A stretch of DNA of 64,000 nucleotides from the NCBI GenBank assembly GCA_040954595.2, contig CM082579.2, positions 3,030,345-3,094,344 on the forward strand, in the 5' to 3' direction. This document shows positions 25,501 to 41,320 of this stretch, in pieces. Numbering within the stretch: the stretch's first letter is position 1; each line of letters opens with the position of its first letter. Source of the DNA: Balanoglossus misakiensis. Taxonomy: Eukaryota; Animalia; Hemichordata. The notes beneath the pieces were generated by a model, which worked only from the letters and a program-made list of their open reading frames with translations, searched no databases and was not told the DNA's origin. The position numbers and the translations under genes are program-made.

Positions 25501-28500
25501 TCCCTGTAACGTGTTTAATTTCTTGACTTGTGTCTTTCAGTTCATCGGTGGGAGATACTTCTATGTACAAGCCTACAAAGCCATGAAGCACAGAGCAACC
25601 AATATGGATGTCCTCATCGTCTTGGCAACCAGTGTGGCGTACGTCTACTCCGTCATAATCTTAATCATAGCCATCATCGAGCAACACAAAGTCAGCCCCA
25701 AGACGTTCTTCGACACTCCACCGATGCTTCTTGTGTTTGTGGCATTTGGGAGATGGCTGGAACACATTGCGAAGGTAGGAATTGGGGGATTTTTGCCTTG
25801 ATCTAGCTTCCATTGTTTTTATTACTTGTTTGTAAAGACTTTGGTTTGCTCTAGTGAAAATTATATGCAGTTTAATCATATAATAAATTGTAAAGTAAGG
25901 AGTTATTGTTAGAGATGTGAGATCCCATGTTTTATTTTGTGAACGTCTTTCAGGGTAAAACCTCCGAGGCACTGGCCAAACTGATGTCCTTACAAGCCAC
26001 AGAGGCCATCTTGGTGACCTTCAATGATAAAGACGAAGTGGTGTCAGAGGAGCAGATCAACATTGACCTGGTTCACCGTGGCGACGTCTTGAAAGTTGTT
26101 CCAGGCAGCAAAGTTCCAGTAGATGGCAGAGTGATTGAGGGCAAAACAATGGTGGATGAGTCGCTGATCACGGGGGAGTCTATGCCGGTCTCCAAGCAAG
26201 CAGGTGTGTCACTTTTGGGTGTCTGTGTGTCTGATAACAGGTTTAATTTTGTTCAGCATAAGAATTAGACTGCATGTACTTTTGTATGTTGACTATGTGT
26301 GGTTTGAGATGAAACTCACACCGATTGAAATTGGTGATTTGCAGGTGCGGTTGTGATTGGAGGATCCATCAACCAGCACGGCACAATGTTCATGAAGGCC
26401 ACGCACGTCGGCAGCGACACGACGCTTGCACAGATTGTGAAACTGGTGGAAGAGGCACAAACTTCCAAGGTGAGTTCAGATGATGAAATCACATCTAGCG
26501 TACAATGGTGTCTGTCTTCGGCGGGTGTCATTGCTTAAATAATGAATTCTGGACTGGAATTGATACCACACTCTCCTACTCATCAATACACTATTCAGAA
26601 CTTACCTTTTCCATATTATCTCAATTCTGTGACAAGCTTTGCCTTTTTTCACTGGAACTCGTCATCATTTACGCAGACTGAGACATCAATGTAAAAAAGG
26701 AAAAGGGATACAATTGGCTTCATTTATTCCGCTCAGTTTGTGATGAATTCAAAACATCCTTTGTGTAAATTTTCCTCTGGTTAATCATGTGACTCTCTTT
26801 TCTGAGGTACACTGCTTCACCATAAGGATGTCTGCATAGCAGTGACAGTAGCATATGGGAGACAATTATTTGTAAAAAGAAAATTTTAGTTCCATATGTT
26901 CTCTGTATGGTGCAAATATCAATCTACCGTATTACCGTTGTGATAAGCAAGCTGTTTGGTAGATTTCTAGTCATTATTCACCTAGTCATGCAACAGTATT
27001 TTACCATCAGGTGTCCAATACTAAGATATTTTGTTGCGTTCACATTTTTCCACACTCATTGCAAGATGTATATGTTTTCATGTCAGTCAAGCTGCAAACA
27101 GTCAGTTCTTGTGTCGCCAATTCATAATGATTGATTAACATGGTTTATTTTTAACTTCAATCGAAGGTACGGTTTTGTCATAATACGTTTTATTTACTGT
27201 GATCTCTGCAGGCCCCAATACAGAGGTTAGCCGACCGTATTGCTGGGTATTTTGTACCGTGCATCGTTTGCATATCACTGATCACCCTGATGGTCCATGT
27301 GTGTCTGGGGTACAGGAATTATCATTACATGATTGAGGGAATGCAGGTATGATTTTGCAAGTTCTGTGTGCTGTCGATACCATCTTCTGCTAGACTTTCT
27401 TAGATTATATCAAGCATGAATTCTTTTTTTTGAGAACATATGATTTTTCTCATGTCTAATCATGTATTGAATTATTTTTCTTTCAGGTGCATGAAGAGAG
27501 AAACCAACATGAAGTCATCTGGGAGTTTGCCTTCCGCTGTGCTATAGCCGTCTTGTGCATAGCATGCCCCTGCGCCCTGGGGCTTGCCACCCCCACAGCG
27601 GTTATGGTAGGGACTGGAGTGGGAGCAACCAATGGGATCTTGATCAAAGGAGGCGAACCACTGGAAATGGCACACAAGGTATTCTAATTTCATTAATTTT
27701 TGTCTGGTTTAGTTACCATGATTTCTTCACTGTTATATTCTGTTGTTCTGTTGATAATTTTTTTATAGGTGCAGGCAATCATCTTTGACAAGACCGGGAC
27801 TGTGACTCAGGGAACTCCGAAAGTCGTGGAAACGCAGCTGTTTGTGGACAGTGACGTGTGTACGGACCGTAAACTATTGGCCATCGTCGGCAGTGCTGAG
27901 AGCAGCAGTGAACATCCAATCGGTGTTGCAATTACAAAACATGCGAAAGAGGTAATGGGAAACATAACATATTTGTACAAAAATCGACACTCTGCAGACA
28001 TGGTGTCTTGAGGGAGCAAAAGACAGTGGCAGCCATTTATATTATTAGATAAAGTGATCAGACTTGATGATGTGATTTCTGCGCTGATTTTTGTTTCTAT
28101 TATTCAGAGTTTCTTCTGTACATTTGTTTACTGGAACTCAATAACACTGAATTGTAACCACTATCTAACATTGGAACCCGTACCCACAGCTTCTAGGTGC
28201 AGAAAACCTCGGCAGATGCATCGATTTCCAAGCAGTTCCGGGATGCGGTTTAAAATGCACAGTCAGTAACATAGAGCCTCTGCTCATAGACCCCTTCAAT
28301 GGTGAGAATGTTCAAACATTGTTGTCAACGTCATCGTCGTTGTTGCCCTCGTTGCCCTCAACGCCAGCCAGTGGCGATGTGCAGACGAACGGAGCTAGTG
28401 CTGGTTCTCTTGGTGGCATCACTGTGATTGCAAGCGACAGTGATGTTGGTAAATACTCTAGTGTCTTGTGTTGTGTTTTCTTTTTTAGTTTATCTGAAAT

Positions 28501-30677
28501 CACAGGGACTGCTCTAGACTATCCACTATCTCATTTCTGATTACTGTAAAATACATGTGTCTTACTATTGTTATTACATGTATGTACTACCTTTCCTGTT
28601 CTCAGTAAACTTGTTTGTTGCACGACCGTTGAATGTCCTCTGTAAATATATCAATGTTGTGACCTTTGACATGATGTTCTATCTTATTCTGGAGGCACAA
28701 TAAAAACCACCCTGTTCAACTTCTGTTTCCACAGCTGTCCCCGGCCAAAGCTTTGCCGTACTGTTGGGCAACCGAGAATGGATGAAGCGGCATGGTTTGG
28801 CCGTTACCACGGAGATGGAGGATGCGATGACATGCCACGAGGAGAAGGGACAGACAGCTGTCTTGGTGTCCATTGATGGTCAGTACCTGATGCGTAGTTA
28901 AAAGAGACTATGTTATTGGAAACTTTTAGTCTATTTTTTACACTGAATTATGTAGACCTAACCAAGCTTTAGGAGAGTTTGCTCAGTTTGTACTCCTAGT
29001 GAATTTCTGACATCTGCTCTCTGCTTGTCTGTAGGTGTGATCGTTGGCACCATCGCCCTGGCTGACAGTGTCAAACCAGACGCAGCCTTAGCAGTGCATA
29101 CGCTGAAGAAGATGGGAATGACTGTGATTCTACTGACAGGTGACAACAGAAAGACAGCCATGGCAATAGCTAGCCAGGTACGGTCAAGTTGCAATAGCTG
29201 CAGTGTCTGATGCTTTCATCAACATTATTTGTCCTGTGTATCTCAACTTCAGTTTCCTGTTTGACTACCTGCAAAATGATGAAATTCGCATTACCATAAT
29301 ACCTTATGAACACAGCCCATTCAAGCTGCTTATGATAAAATGCTATCAGAGATAATTTCATATCTTTAATGTAAACATAAACTATATATACCATGAATAT
29401 TTAATTCATGGTGCACCCGTCTAAAAAGATCTGTTGTGGTTCTGCCCTGCCTGGCATGTCTTGATGTTTTTTTCTGATTTTAAAAATTTCTCTCTTGCAG
29501 ATCGGTATCAATGTAGTCTTTGCTGAAGTTCTACCATCACACAAAGTGGACAAGGTCCAACAGCTCCAGGCCAAAGGCCAGTGTGTGGCCATGGTGGGTG
29601 ACGGCATCAACGACTCGCCTGCTCTGGCCCAGGCAGATGTCGGCATTGCCATAGGAACAGGAACAGATGTTGCCGTTGAGGCTGCAGATGTGGTTCTTAT
29701 CAAGGTGAGATATGGTCGCCACGGCAATTCTCATACCTTATGGGGTGAATCACTGTTGTCATGGGGTAATCAAGACATTCATTACATTTCATACTCCACT
29801 AACGTTTATACTTTAATGTAACTTTGGTGTCAACAGAATAGCCTGCTCGATGTTGTTGGAGCAATTGATCTGTCGAAGCATACTGTCAGAAGAATACACT
29901 GTAATTTTGGGTTCGCCGTGATCTACAACCTAATAGGAATTCCCATTGCTGCAGGTATGGTCAGAACTCGAAGGTGATACACACCTTAACTATCAATGTG
30001 TGAACTTTGCTGGTGTACTTTTGTACAATTCAAGAGATTTATGTGCAGACTCACTTTGCTAAACAGCAAAATTGGATAGACATTTATCTTGCAGTTTATC
30101 TGTCTCTGTGAAAAGATATTACTGATGAGAGAGAAAATGCTCTGTAAAAATCAATAGATAGCACGTTCTAAGTCTCTGGGTTTTTTTCTTTTATCTGTAG
30201 GTGTTCTGATGCCAGTAGGTTTGATGTTGCAACCATGGATGGCGGCCGGAGCCATGGCCATGTCATCCGTGTCTGTTGTCACCTCTTCACTGCTTCTTAA
30301 ACTGTGAGTATCTTTTCGTGGGAAGTTGTTTTTTTGGTCCAGTGAAAAACTGTGAAACATGAAAGCATTAATTTCTTTTGTGTACTAAAAAGTGCAGATG
30401 GAATCCCTATTCAAATGTGACTTGTAATTTTATGTATGCACAATTTATTTTTTGCACTGATAGGTACAAGAAGCCATCAATCGAAAAACTGGAGACAGCT
30501 GATTTCCTGGAAATCCAGAAGAATGTCACAGTAGCCACTCCGCGAGACAACGCCATGTTGGTGAACATGGACACTGATGATATAGAACTCATACCGAGAA
30601 AGAAGAAGTCCAGAGTGCAGAAGAAAAGCAAACGAGACGACGAACGGAGACTTCTTGATGACGACGAGGAAGAGTAG
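19529..30677 (+). CDS. ATP7: Copper-transporting P1B-type ATPase ATP7 (ATP7A/B co-ortholog) with nine N-terminal metal-binding domains (~1583 aa, 20 coding exons)
   Basis: Exons 19529-19639, 20772-22314, 23749-23973, 24388-24551, 24763-24924, 25017-25099, 25242-25401, 25541-25774, 25954-26203, 26345-26469, 27212-27346, 27487-27678, 27769-27951, 28190-28448, 28735-28878, 29035-29177, 29501-29704, 29837-29954, 30201-30303 and 30464-30677. Motifs: 9x GMTCxSC, TGES, CPC, DKTGT, SEHP, GNREW, TGDN, GDGIND, YN, MAMSS, C-terminal DERRLL. An in-frame TAG upstream of ATG 19529 fixes the start. Confidence 0.96.
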
Positions 30678-32303
30678 TAAAATTGATCTACAATGCAATG
30701 TTTTATGGAATTGACATTCCAAGTTCAAATTAAGTATATATTTTTTATAAAAAATATGAAATTATACATTATGCTTAATGCTGAGCAAATTTCTCTGAAA
30801 ATGCCAGATTTCATAAGTCCCTGATACAGAATCATGAACATCCATCCCCTTTCTCAAATTTTACGACAAAAATGATCTTTTTATTTCTACGAAAGGATTA
30901 TGCATTATCCCATTTTTGTACGAAGCAGGTGAAAATATGGGGATGAAATGAATAAAATTGTTGAAGAATTTTTTTAGAGAACCTTTTAAACACAGCATAT
31001 ATTAATTGTAGGACAGTGAAACGTAAACACAAGGTGTGAATTATTTTAAAGTCTATGAAACAGATTTTTCTTGATACACTTGCAATGAACGATAAACAAT
31101 ACGAGAATTGAAAAAGTTGCCACGGACATTTGAATGATATTTACATGCAGAACAAACCAATATCAAGATATGAAGGATTTTTACTTTTACTGTACAAGCC
31201 TTCGTGGTATAAAGTTAAACAATCCCTGTGCTAATTTTTTTCTAATGTGCTAACCATGTGTGCTGTAACATGTTTACTCAGGCTCAAAAACCATACATTT
31301 TTTGTCAATGAAGTTTTTAGTTTGGAATATTTTTTACATTTCAAGTATATATTGTGCTATGTGAATGTTTTGTAATTATATTAAATGAATAGACAACTAC
31401 TTCACAATTATATGTTCTTTCAAGTCGCGAGTATTAATGGCATGTTCTTTTTTGAGTTGTAATGATCTCTTGTGTAAGAAGATACTCACTCACAATTTTC
31501 AAAAATATAGGTTCTGTGAAAAATCTCTTGTGGTGGGAAATGTTATAGTTAACAGTATGTGTTATAAGTATCTATCACTGTGCATTGCCTTCAGTAGGTC
31601 TAGAAAACAATAGCTCCTATTCACAGCAAAAAGAGTCCACTGCTGGTGACCCCTTCTTCACCTTTGTCCTCCACAATTCAACTGAAATGCACTTTTAGGT
31701 CACAAGTGGATTTTAAATGTAAATGTTAGCAACAGACAATATGACAAAGATGCAGATGTGTAAACAATTTGAATGTCAAATAAAGTTATATTAAAGAAAT
31801 GTTGCATTTTTTGTACCAGTGTCATGATTTGCTTCAACTGACTGGGAATGAAAGAATAGGCTGTGTAGTGCGTGAGTTTAGGTGTGTAGAAAGTTTATAG
31901 TTCTTTCATTTCTAAAATTTCACTCTTTTCAAATAAATGCATACGTATGACATATATTGCACATTAAAAAGTCCATCAAAATATGCTTTGAAACTGATTT
32001 TGGTTCAGACATGTGATGCAGATTAATTAATATCTCTAAACGTAAATGTCATATTTCAAACACTGAAATCGACTATCTTGCACAATGCGCCCTCTATGTC
32101 AGATGCCTGACCTCGACCGTTTACAGGAGGCCAGACTCCGCGGGGCTACAATTTTAGAAACTGTAAAAGTTTCATTTTTCGGGAGAATTTTTATCTGTAC
32201 AAAAAATTCCATGATTTATGACAAAGTGACTTCATTTTCATGATTTTGACTCATAACCATTTACCATTCCGACTTTCAAAACTTGTTCTAGAACGAGGCT
32301 GAT

Positions 32304-32317
32304 ATCACTAAGGCAAC
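32304..32317. promoter_or_regulatory. RFX X-box-like motif upstream of TTC29
   Basis: ATCACTAAGGCAAC (reverse complement GTTGCCTTAGTGAT), followed by a YY1-like GCAGCCATCTT and a likely 5'UTR donor near 32422. Fits a ciliary gene. Confidence 0.5.
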
Positions 32318-33017
32318 CGTAGACATTTTGCAGCCATCTTGGATAGAATCGTGGATATGGCGATTGTTTCATCGAAACTTTGAAGTTTATACGCCACTGA
32401 CGAAAAGTTGTTAATTTTAAAGGTGAGGGTTAAGTGGAATTGTTACATTACATGTTTTCCAATCTCAGAGTAATGTAACTATTCGAAATTAACATACAGT
32501 ACCTTATAAAGGTTGATCAATCGAGTCGTAGTCTGTGAAGTACTCTGTCATAGTGTCAACTGATTTTGTTTACATTGTATGTCGCGGAAGCTTTACGTGG
32601 TCTACTCTTTTCTTGTCTGAAGTATGGTTTATTTTGGATAAGTTATCGTTTGAAGAGCTTATATTTATGTTTGTCTGCAAATTTGATGCTTGTGTAAGCA
32701 AAAATAAACCCATATTACTGTAGAGAGTCGTTGGCATCGATCTTGCTTCATTTCATGTCCTATATCTGCGATCACTCCACGATTATAATATCGATCGAGC
32801 TCAGCTTCTTGGTTTTTCGTGGAGCTGGAAGTCGTTCCTGCTTACTGACAATAACAGAGCATTCATGGCATAGAATCTAGGTGGTGGTGGTTCAGGTTCT
32901 GCAAACAGATACATAGATACATTGGATCATGAGTCATGACGTAATGGGAAGATCAGTGCAATCTTTCTGATATTTCATCTATTCACATATCATGTATATT
33001 TCAAACAGGATTCGACA

Positions 33018-35984
33018 ATGGCGGCACCCCTGCCTGCCATCCAGCCCAAGTCAGGGTATGGGCAAAACTCAGGATTCCAACAGCAAGCAATTCAGCAGCA
33101 CAGAATTCCAAGTCCGCCGAGTAAAAGCACTGCAAGTGGCTCCAGGTCAACGTATAGACCAGGACAGAAGATAATGGGGAAGAGGGAAAGGGAACTCCAA
33201 GCCAAGAACCAGATGCTCAGAGCTAAACAACCAGAACTCTCACACATAGACACTTCTAGGTAAGAGAAGCTGTTTGAAAGCACATCATTGTCAATGATGA
33301 CTCATCATGATTTTTTGATGAAACTGACAAGGTCCACTTTCATGTGACAAACTAGTGCAGTGCTGATTTTTGTAACCACTGACTGACACTGACATAATGT
33401 GTATTCATTTCTTCCAACAGATATAGGAATACATATTTTCACACCTTGTGTGTAGAAATGTTAAAAGATGGCTTCCATAGGTCATTCTCAGAGCTCTTTG
33501 CGCTCATCAAGCGACAGAAGGCGGAACGAGAAGCAGCGGGACCAGATTCACTGATCTGGAATATTACATTATTAGAAGACGAATTTGACAAACTAGACAA
33601 ATTGAAACAGTATTTAACAGAAGCTGAAGCAGCACTTAGGGGAGGTACGTTTGTCTCTCAAAACAAATGAATTACATGACTGAAATCTGGTCTGTCACTA
33701 CCAAAATGATCAGTTATTTTTTTTCACCAAATCAAATTCTTAAAACTGAAGTTCACATAAACCAAGTTCCTATGTTGGAAGGATTTTGTGTGAATAAAGC
33801 AGTTGGGAGAACTCCTTCATTTGTTACTGTGCTTCCTTATCTTTTTTGTACACATTCTGCATCAGCTGCAGATAGTCTTCAATGTATTCACTGATTAATT
33901 TCATCATTAAATTATTAACACACAGGTAACATGGAGGCCGTTTATGGAGCACAGAAAAAACTAGCAGAATTTTTTGAGGCGACGGAAGACTACTGGTTGT
34001 CGGGTCATTTTTTCCAGAGCTGTCTGGAGACCAGTTTACAAATCAAAGGAGATGGAAGGCGGCGAGAAGCTGAGGCCAACTGCTACATTGCTTTAGGATA
34101 TGAGCGCAACAGTGAGTGTTTGTCATGCATTGTGAAATTCAATCCAGAATCTTATGTAGAGACCTTCTGTGTTTGATAAGCTTGTGTCTTCTACCATGGC
34201 CACTATTGCATCAATAATAAAGTAATTTAAAGACAGGGGAGATGTTGTTGTTTCCAACAGACTTTTTTTACAGTGCTGCTGTTTTCAATTCACAGAAACT
34301 TACAGCAAAGCGGCAGAACACTTTGAAACATTTTACAAGTTAGCATCTAGGAATACAAACTGGAGGACGGAGGAAGGGCTGAGCTTGCACGCAACATCCT
34401 GCGATAATCTCCGAAGACTGTACACAGAGATGGCAGACAACCAACAGAAAGGAGAACAGAAGGACCTCCAGCAAGCAATCCAGTACTTACTGAAAGCATT
34501 TGAGATGGCCAAAGAGAGTAAGCAACAGGTTTCTATCTCAATTCATGTGAAATAAACCCTGCTTGTGATGACAAATTTCAAATATGGAACTGTCAATTGT
34601 TGCATTACATAGTTTATGTTAACATCTGTTCCCACATTCATTAAACTATTGCTCAAATTAAATTGCAGGTGGTCACACAGCAGAAGAGGGCAAATCAAGC
34701 TATAGGTTAGGACTGACTTATGAGGCAATCGGGGATCCTGAAACAGCTCTTATGGTAAGCAGATTGAATGGTATATAGATTAACTTTTTACAAGGGGAGA
34801 AATTGTGTAATTAGACTACATTACAACGTAGACAAAATAAAAGGGTTATGAGTTTTCTCATGGCTGTTGACTTCACACATATTGAATTTTAACATTGATT
34901 TTTTTTTATCATTGACTTACATAGTACCATCAAGGTTACATGGAGATATGCAAACAGTTGGATGATCAAGAAGGAATGGGCAAAGCCTGTGAAGCCATAT
35001 CAGATTCCTATAAAAGGTAAGTACTATTGTACACTTGTCTCAACCATAGCTACTGAATCCCTCCATGCAAATACCTTGGAACCTGGCATGATGTGGGTTG
35101 AGCAGGGACATGAGGGACAACTCAGTTTAGTTGAATTGGTCAAATGCTGACTGTTATTTAAATTCTGTTTGTTGCTTCAGCCAAGGTAAAGCAGATGAAG
35201 CAATCCGTTACTTGGAAATGTTCGTAGATGTGGCGGAGAGAAGTGAACAAGAAAAGGCTTTGGGAAGAGCCAGTGCATGTCTTGGTACCATATACAATGT
35301 ACAGGTGAGATACACTCTAAGTCTGTGCAAACCAAATTTGGCATACAGGAAATTGTATCAGCTGGTGACTACAATCATTTGCAGTAATCAATGTTTTGTG
35401 GATGTAGCTATCAGTGCAGACCAACTGAAGTATAAAATGCCTTAAATTCATGAAGTGGTTTCTTTGTTTCCCCTGACAGGGTCAATATCTGAAAGCAGCT
35501 GAGTATTTTGGAAAATCGTACAACATAGCCCGCAGCACAGGTGACATCCACAGCACCGGTGAGACCAGAGTGAACTACGGCATTGCGAGTGCGCACCGTG
35601 TCCTCCTCAACTTTGCTGACTGCGTTGAGAAACCATCCAAGAAAAGACTTGGCGTCTTGGTTGACTGGAAGAACATCCGCGGTGAACAGTTTGCTGAACC
35701 TGTCAAAGATGATCCCCCGAAAGGTATGTGGCCAGATTTGTCAGTGAAAAAGAAAACGTGAGACCATCTGTATACCGTATAATAGTATGTGTGAGATATT
35801 CTCGCTTTTTTCAAAGGCAATCGAATGTCTTAACTTACAAGTCCAATGATTTTTTTCTTCAGTTGAAGAGAAGAAGGAACCACCAAAGGAAGAGGAGAAG
35901 AAAGAGGAAACGACAGAGGAAGCGCCGAAAGAGGAGTCACGGGCAGAAGGGGCCCAAGAAGAATCCGATGACAAAAAGGAATAG
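33018..35984 (+). CDS. TTC29: Tetratricopeptide repeat protein 29 (ciliary/flagellar; ~513 aa, 9 coding exons)
   Basis: Exons 33018-33259, 33421-33644, 33926-34111, 34296-34517, 34669-34754, 34925-35016, 35181-35304, 35480-35723 and 35863-35984. Contains LCVEMLKDGFHRSFSELFAL, TPR-like helices, YGIASAH, LVDWK and a Glu/Lys-rich tail. Confidence 0.88.
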
Positions 35985-37254
35985 CGACCGGAATGAATGG
36001 ATGAAAGCAATAGGATTCTGTGTTAAACTTTCATGTAATAAAGCATTTACATGGAATAGTGCTGTATATCATATTTTATACGCAATGTGATTTTTTTGTA
36101 AAAAAAAATATTTTCTTCATTGACAATTTTTCAGATATGTAAATAATATTACGTGTTTCCATTGTCTTGTATATATTTCGAATGGAAAAGTGAGTAATGT
36201 TGGATAAACCCGTCCAGATGAGAGTGCCTTGCTATAAATTAGATTTTTACTGTTTTCATGTCTACTATGATTATGTGTTATGTTCTCTTAAATGGCTTGG
36301 TCTCTGGTTCTTTTTTGTCCAGATGCATTCATGTAGAAATGTGAGAATTATTTAACACTGTCATCTGAAGAAAGTGAACATGAACTTTAACCTTTTGTGT
36401 ACCATGATACAATGGCCAAGTGGTTGTTCCAAATACTCGGACATACGTTTTTGCATGTGTACAGTGTAATTGGCTAATAAATTTGTACAGTATGATTTTA
36501 TCGATGTGTGTGAATTTTTTATTGGATGAATGTGTATGCAGTCGCGATTGTTGAAGAAGCAGATTGATTTCACTGAGGCAGATTGGACTTAAGAGGCAAG
36601 TTTGTATCAAGTTTCAACAGTTTAATAATACCCATTCCTTTGAAATGCATACATAAATAGATATAAACTCCATAACCACATTTTGCAATTATGATTTTGT
36701 GTTATCGCTCCGTGCAAAATATATTGCAACAGTATTGTAAATATAAAGTACGTGCCACCATGATGTAATCCAGACATTTATCAAGTTCCTTGTTAATGAT
36801 GTACCAGTTTGGGGGGGATGTAATGTGACAATTCTTCCAAACTGTGAAACCTGACTTTTTTTCAATGCTGCAGGCTGACTACAATCTTGAAGCTAAAAGG
36901 CTGAAAACCCACAACCACAAATAACTGGTCATATCGGACACATGTAAATGTGACGCCATATACCGTCACCTAAATGTGTAAACAGTGTTAACTTGTTTGA
37001 CTCATCAAAGCATACAGGTAATAAGGGTAAGAAGCATGTTTGATTTTGATGCTTGTCACTGCAGGTGTCACTGATATTTTCGTAGTTATTCTGCTAACTA
37101 CTGATTTTCCTTGAATAAGGAAACCTCAGGACTTCTCCAGACATTCTTGCAGTATCTGATCGACACTCTCAATGTAACCCTTCTGGTAAGGATGTTTTCC
37201 AGGGTGACCAATACCTGCATGCTGATCTCGGAATATAAACACAGCAGCACTGGA

Positions 37255-37535
37255 CGGGAACCTATCAATGTTCCACATGATAAGATACATGTATCTTTAG
37301 AACAAACTTGAGGAATGAAATTCGACACAAGTTACAAGTTCAGTGTTCTCCCCACAGCTATTGAAGAGTATGACGATTTAATTTTTTGATAACACCAGAA
37401 CCCATCAAAACATTGCACTTTTGTGCAAATTAGCTGTCATCATATCAGACATTCCTGGGGAAGAACACTGAAGTTGCAAAATGTCCGACACAATCCCAAG
37501 ACACACTGCAGACAAGAACAGTTGATAGGTTCCCG
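37255..37535. repeat. Imperfect fold-back (MITE-like) element between the TTC29 and SQSTM1 3' ends
   Basis: CGGGAACCTATCAA (37255-37268) pairs with TTGATAGGTTCCCG (37522-37535); inner TTCAGTGTTCT (37339-37349) pairs with AGAACACTGAA (37462-37472). Confidence 0.55.
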
Positions 37536-37978
37536 GGCATACCACGTGTCTATACTACTTGTAGAATATAATATGAGGATAAAATCAATGGCTCAGTGAT
37601 CCTTCTGTCCTTATAAATGATGACAACCTATAACCACTTTTCAGTTCATTTTAAAATTCAAATTTGAAATTAGAATTTTATTTGGTACAATTTCTCCTTC
37701 AACTCTCAATGAAGATTTTGTTTTTCTTGTGAGTTAAAATAATTGTCCTATCTTGAAGTGGTTAATTTGTTTTTCACATTTTTGTCCAAGTTCATCAATT
37801 TTACCATATCTGACACTTGATCACTTTACCATTGGAAAATGTTATATATGTTTTGTTAACACTTAGAACACGCTTTAAGCAACTACAAAGCAATTATCAC
37901 ACACAGGCGTGGGAAAATCTGTATCAGTCGGGTGTCTGGTATTCATGTTAGGGCTGTCCGAAGCACGACGGGCCAGGA

Positions 37979-40564
<2,586 letters not shown>

Positions 40565-40799
40565 ATTTTAACAGTACCTACATTGATGAGAGTGAAAACA
40601 AACAACGATAAGTGGAATCATACATGTACAAATGCCAAATGAGCATATATCGACTGTTAGAATACATATATTTACTATACCGTACCTTGCTCACAAAATT
40701 AAAGGTCAGGTTGTGTCTTCTCGGTAGCACAGCTATGAGCTTCTTTTCAGTTTTGGTGCAACAGGCTTCAAAGCTTCAATAATGTAGTGGATCCTGAAA

Positions 40800-41320
40800 T
40801 GTAGTCTTATATACCATTCGAATAGGCTTCCAGATCTTTCTTTGTAGACCAATGAAAATGACTCGCACGGTAAATATGTAAAAATTAGAGGAAATTGCTA
40901 AATACCCAGACCGTCCAGCCAATCAAGCACCGATGTAAATATCACTGTACGCATTATTATTGTGCGCAAGCTTAAAATAGAAATGATGTCATCGTTTACT
41001 AAATTTAGATCAGTTTCGTCACCATGATTGTTACATTTTAGTTTCTGGAAATATTGCTTAGAAAATGCAAGAAAAATAGTTACTTTTCATTAAAAATGGA
41101 AGATAATTGAAGGAATAGTTTCCTCAAATGAAAATAATGAAAAAAGTTGACCTTCGAGTCTGAGCGTAATTATAACCTTCGACCTGTTTAGCATACAAGC
41201 CTTGCAAAATTTACATAAGTGAGACACCATGACGTCAAATCGTACGATGAAATTCCTGCCGTCTGATTGGCCCAGTTCTCGTGGCGATACTCATGCCTTA
41301 CTCTCAGCAAAACAGCAAAA
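40800..41320. promoter_or_regulatory. Divergent promoter region between SQSTM1 and SREBP
   Basis: Minus-strand TATATAAG at about 40807-40814, CCAAT boxes at about 40849 and 40919, CRE TGACGTCA at about 41230, ATTGG at about 41266, and YY1-like AAAATGGCGG overlapping the SREBP ATG. Confidence 0.55.

Noticed and set aside
41266-41284. ATTGG-N9-CGTGG as an ER-stress element in the SREBP promoter
   Set aside because: Half-sites are in the wrong order relative to the ERSE consensus CCAAT-N9-CCACG.
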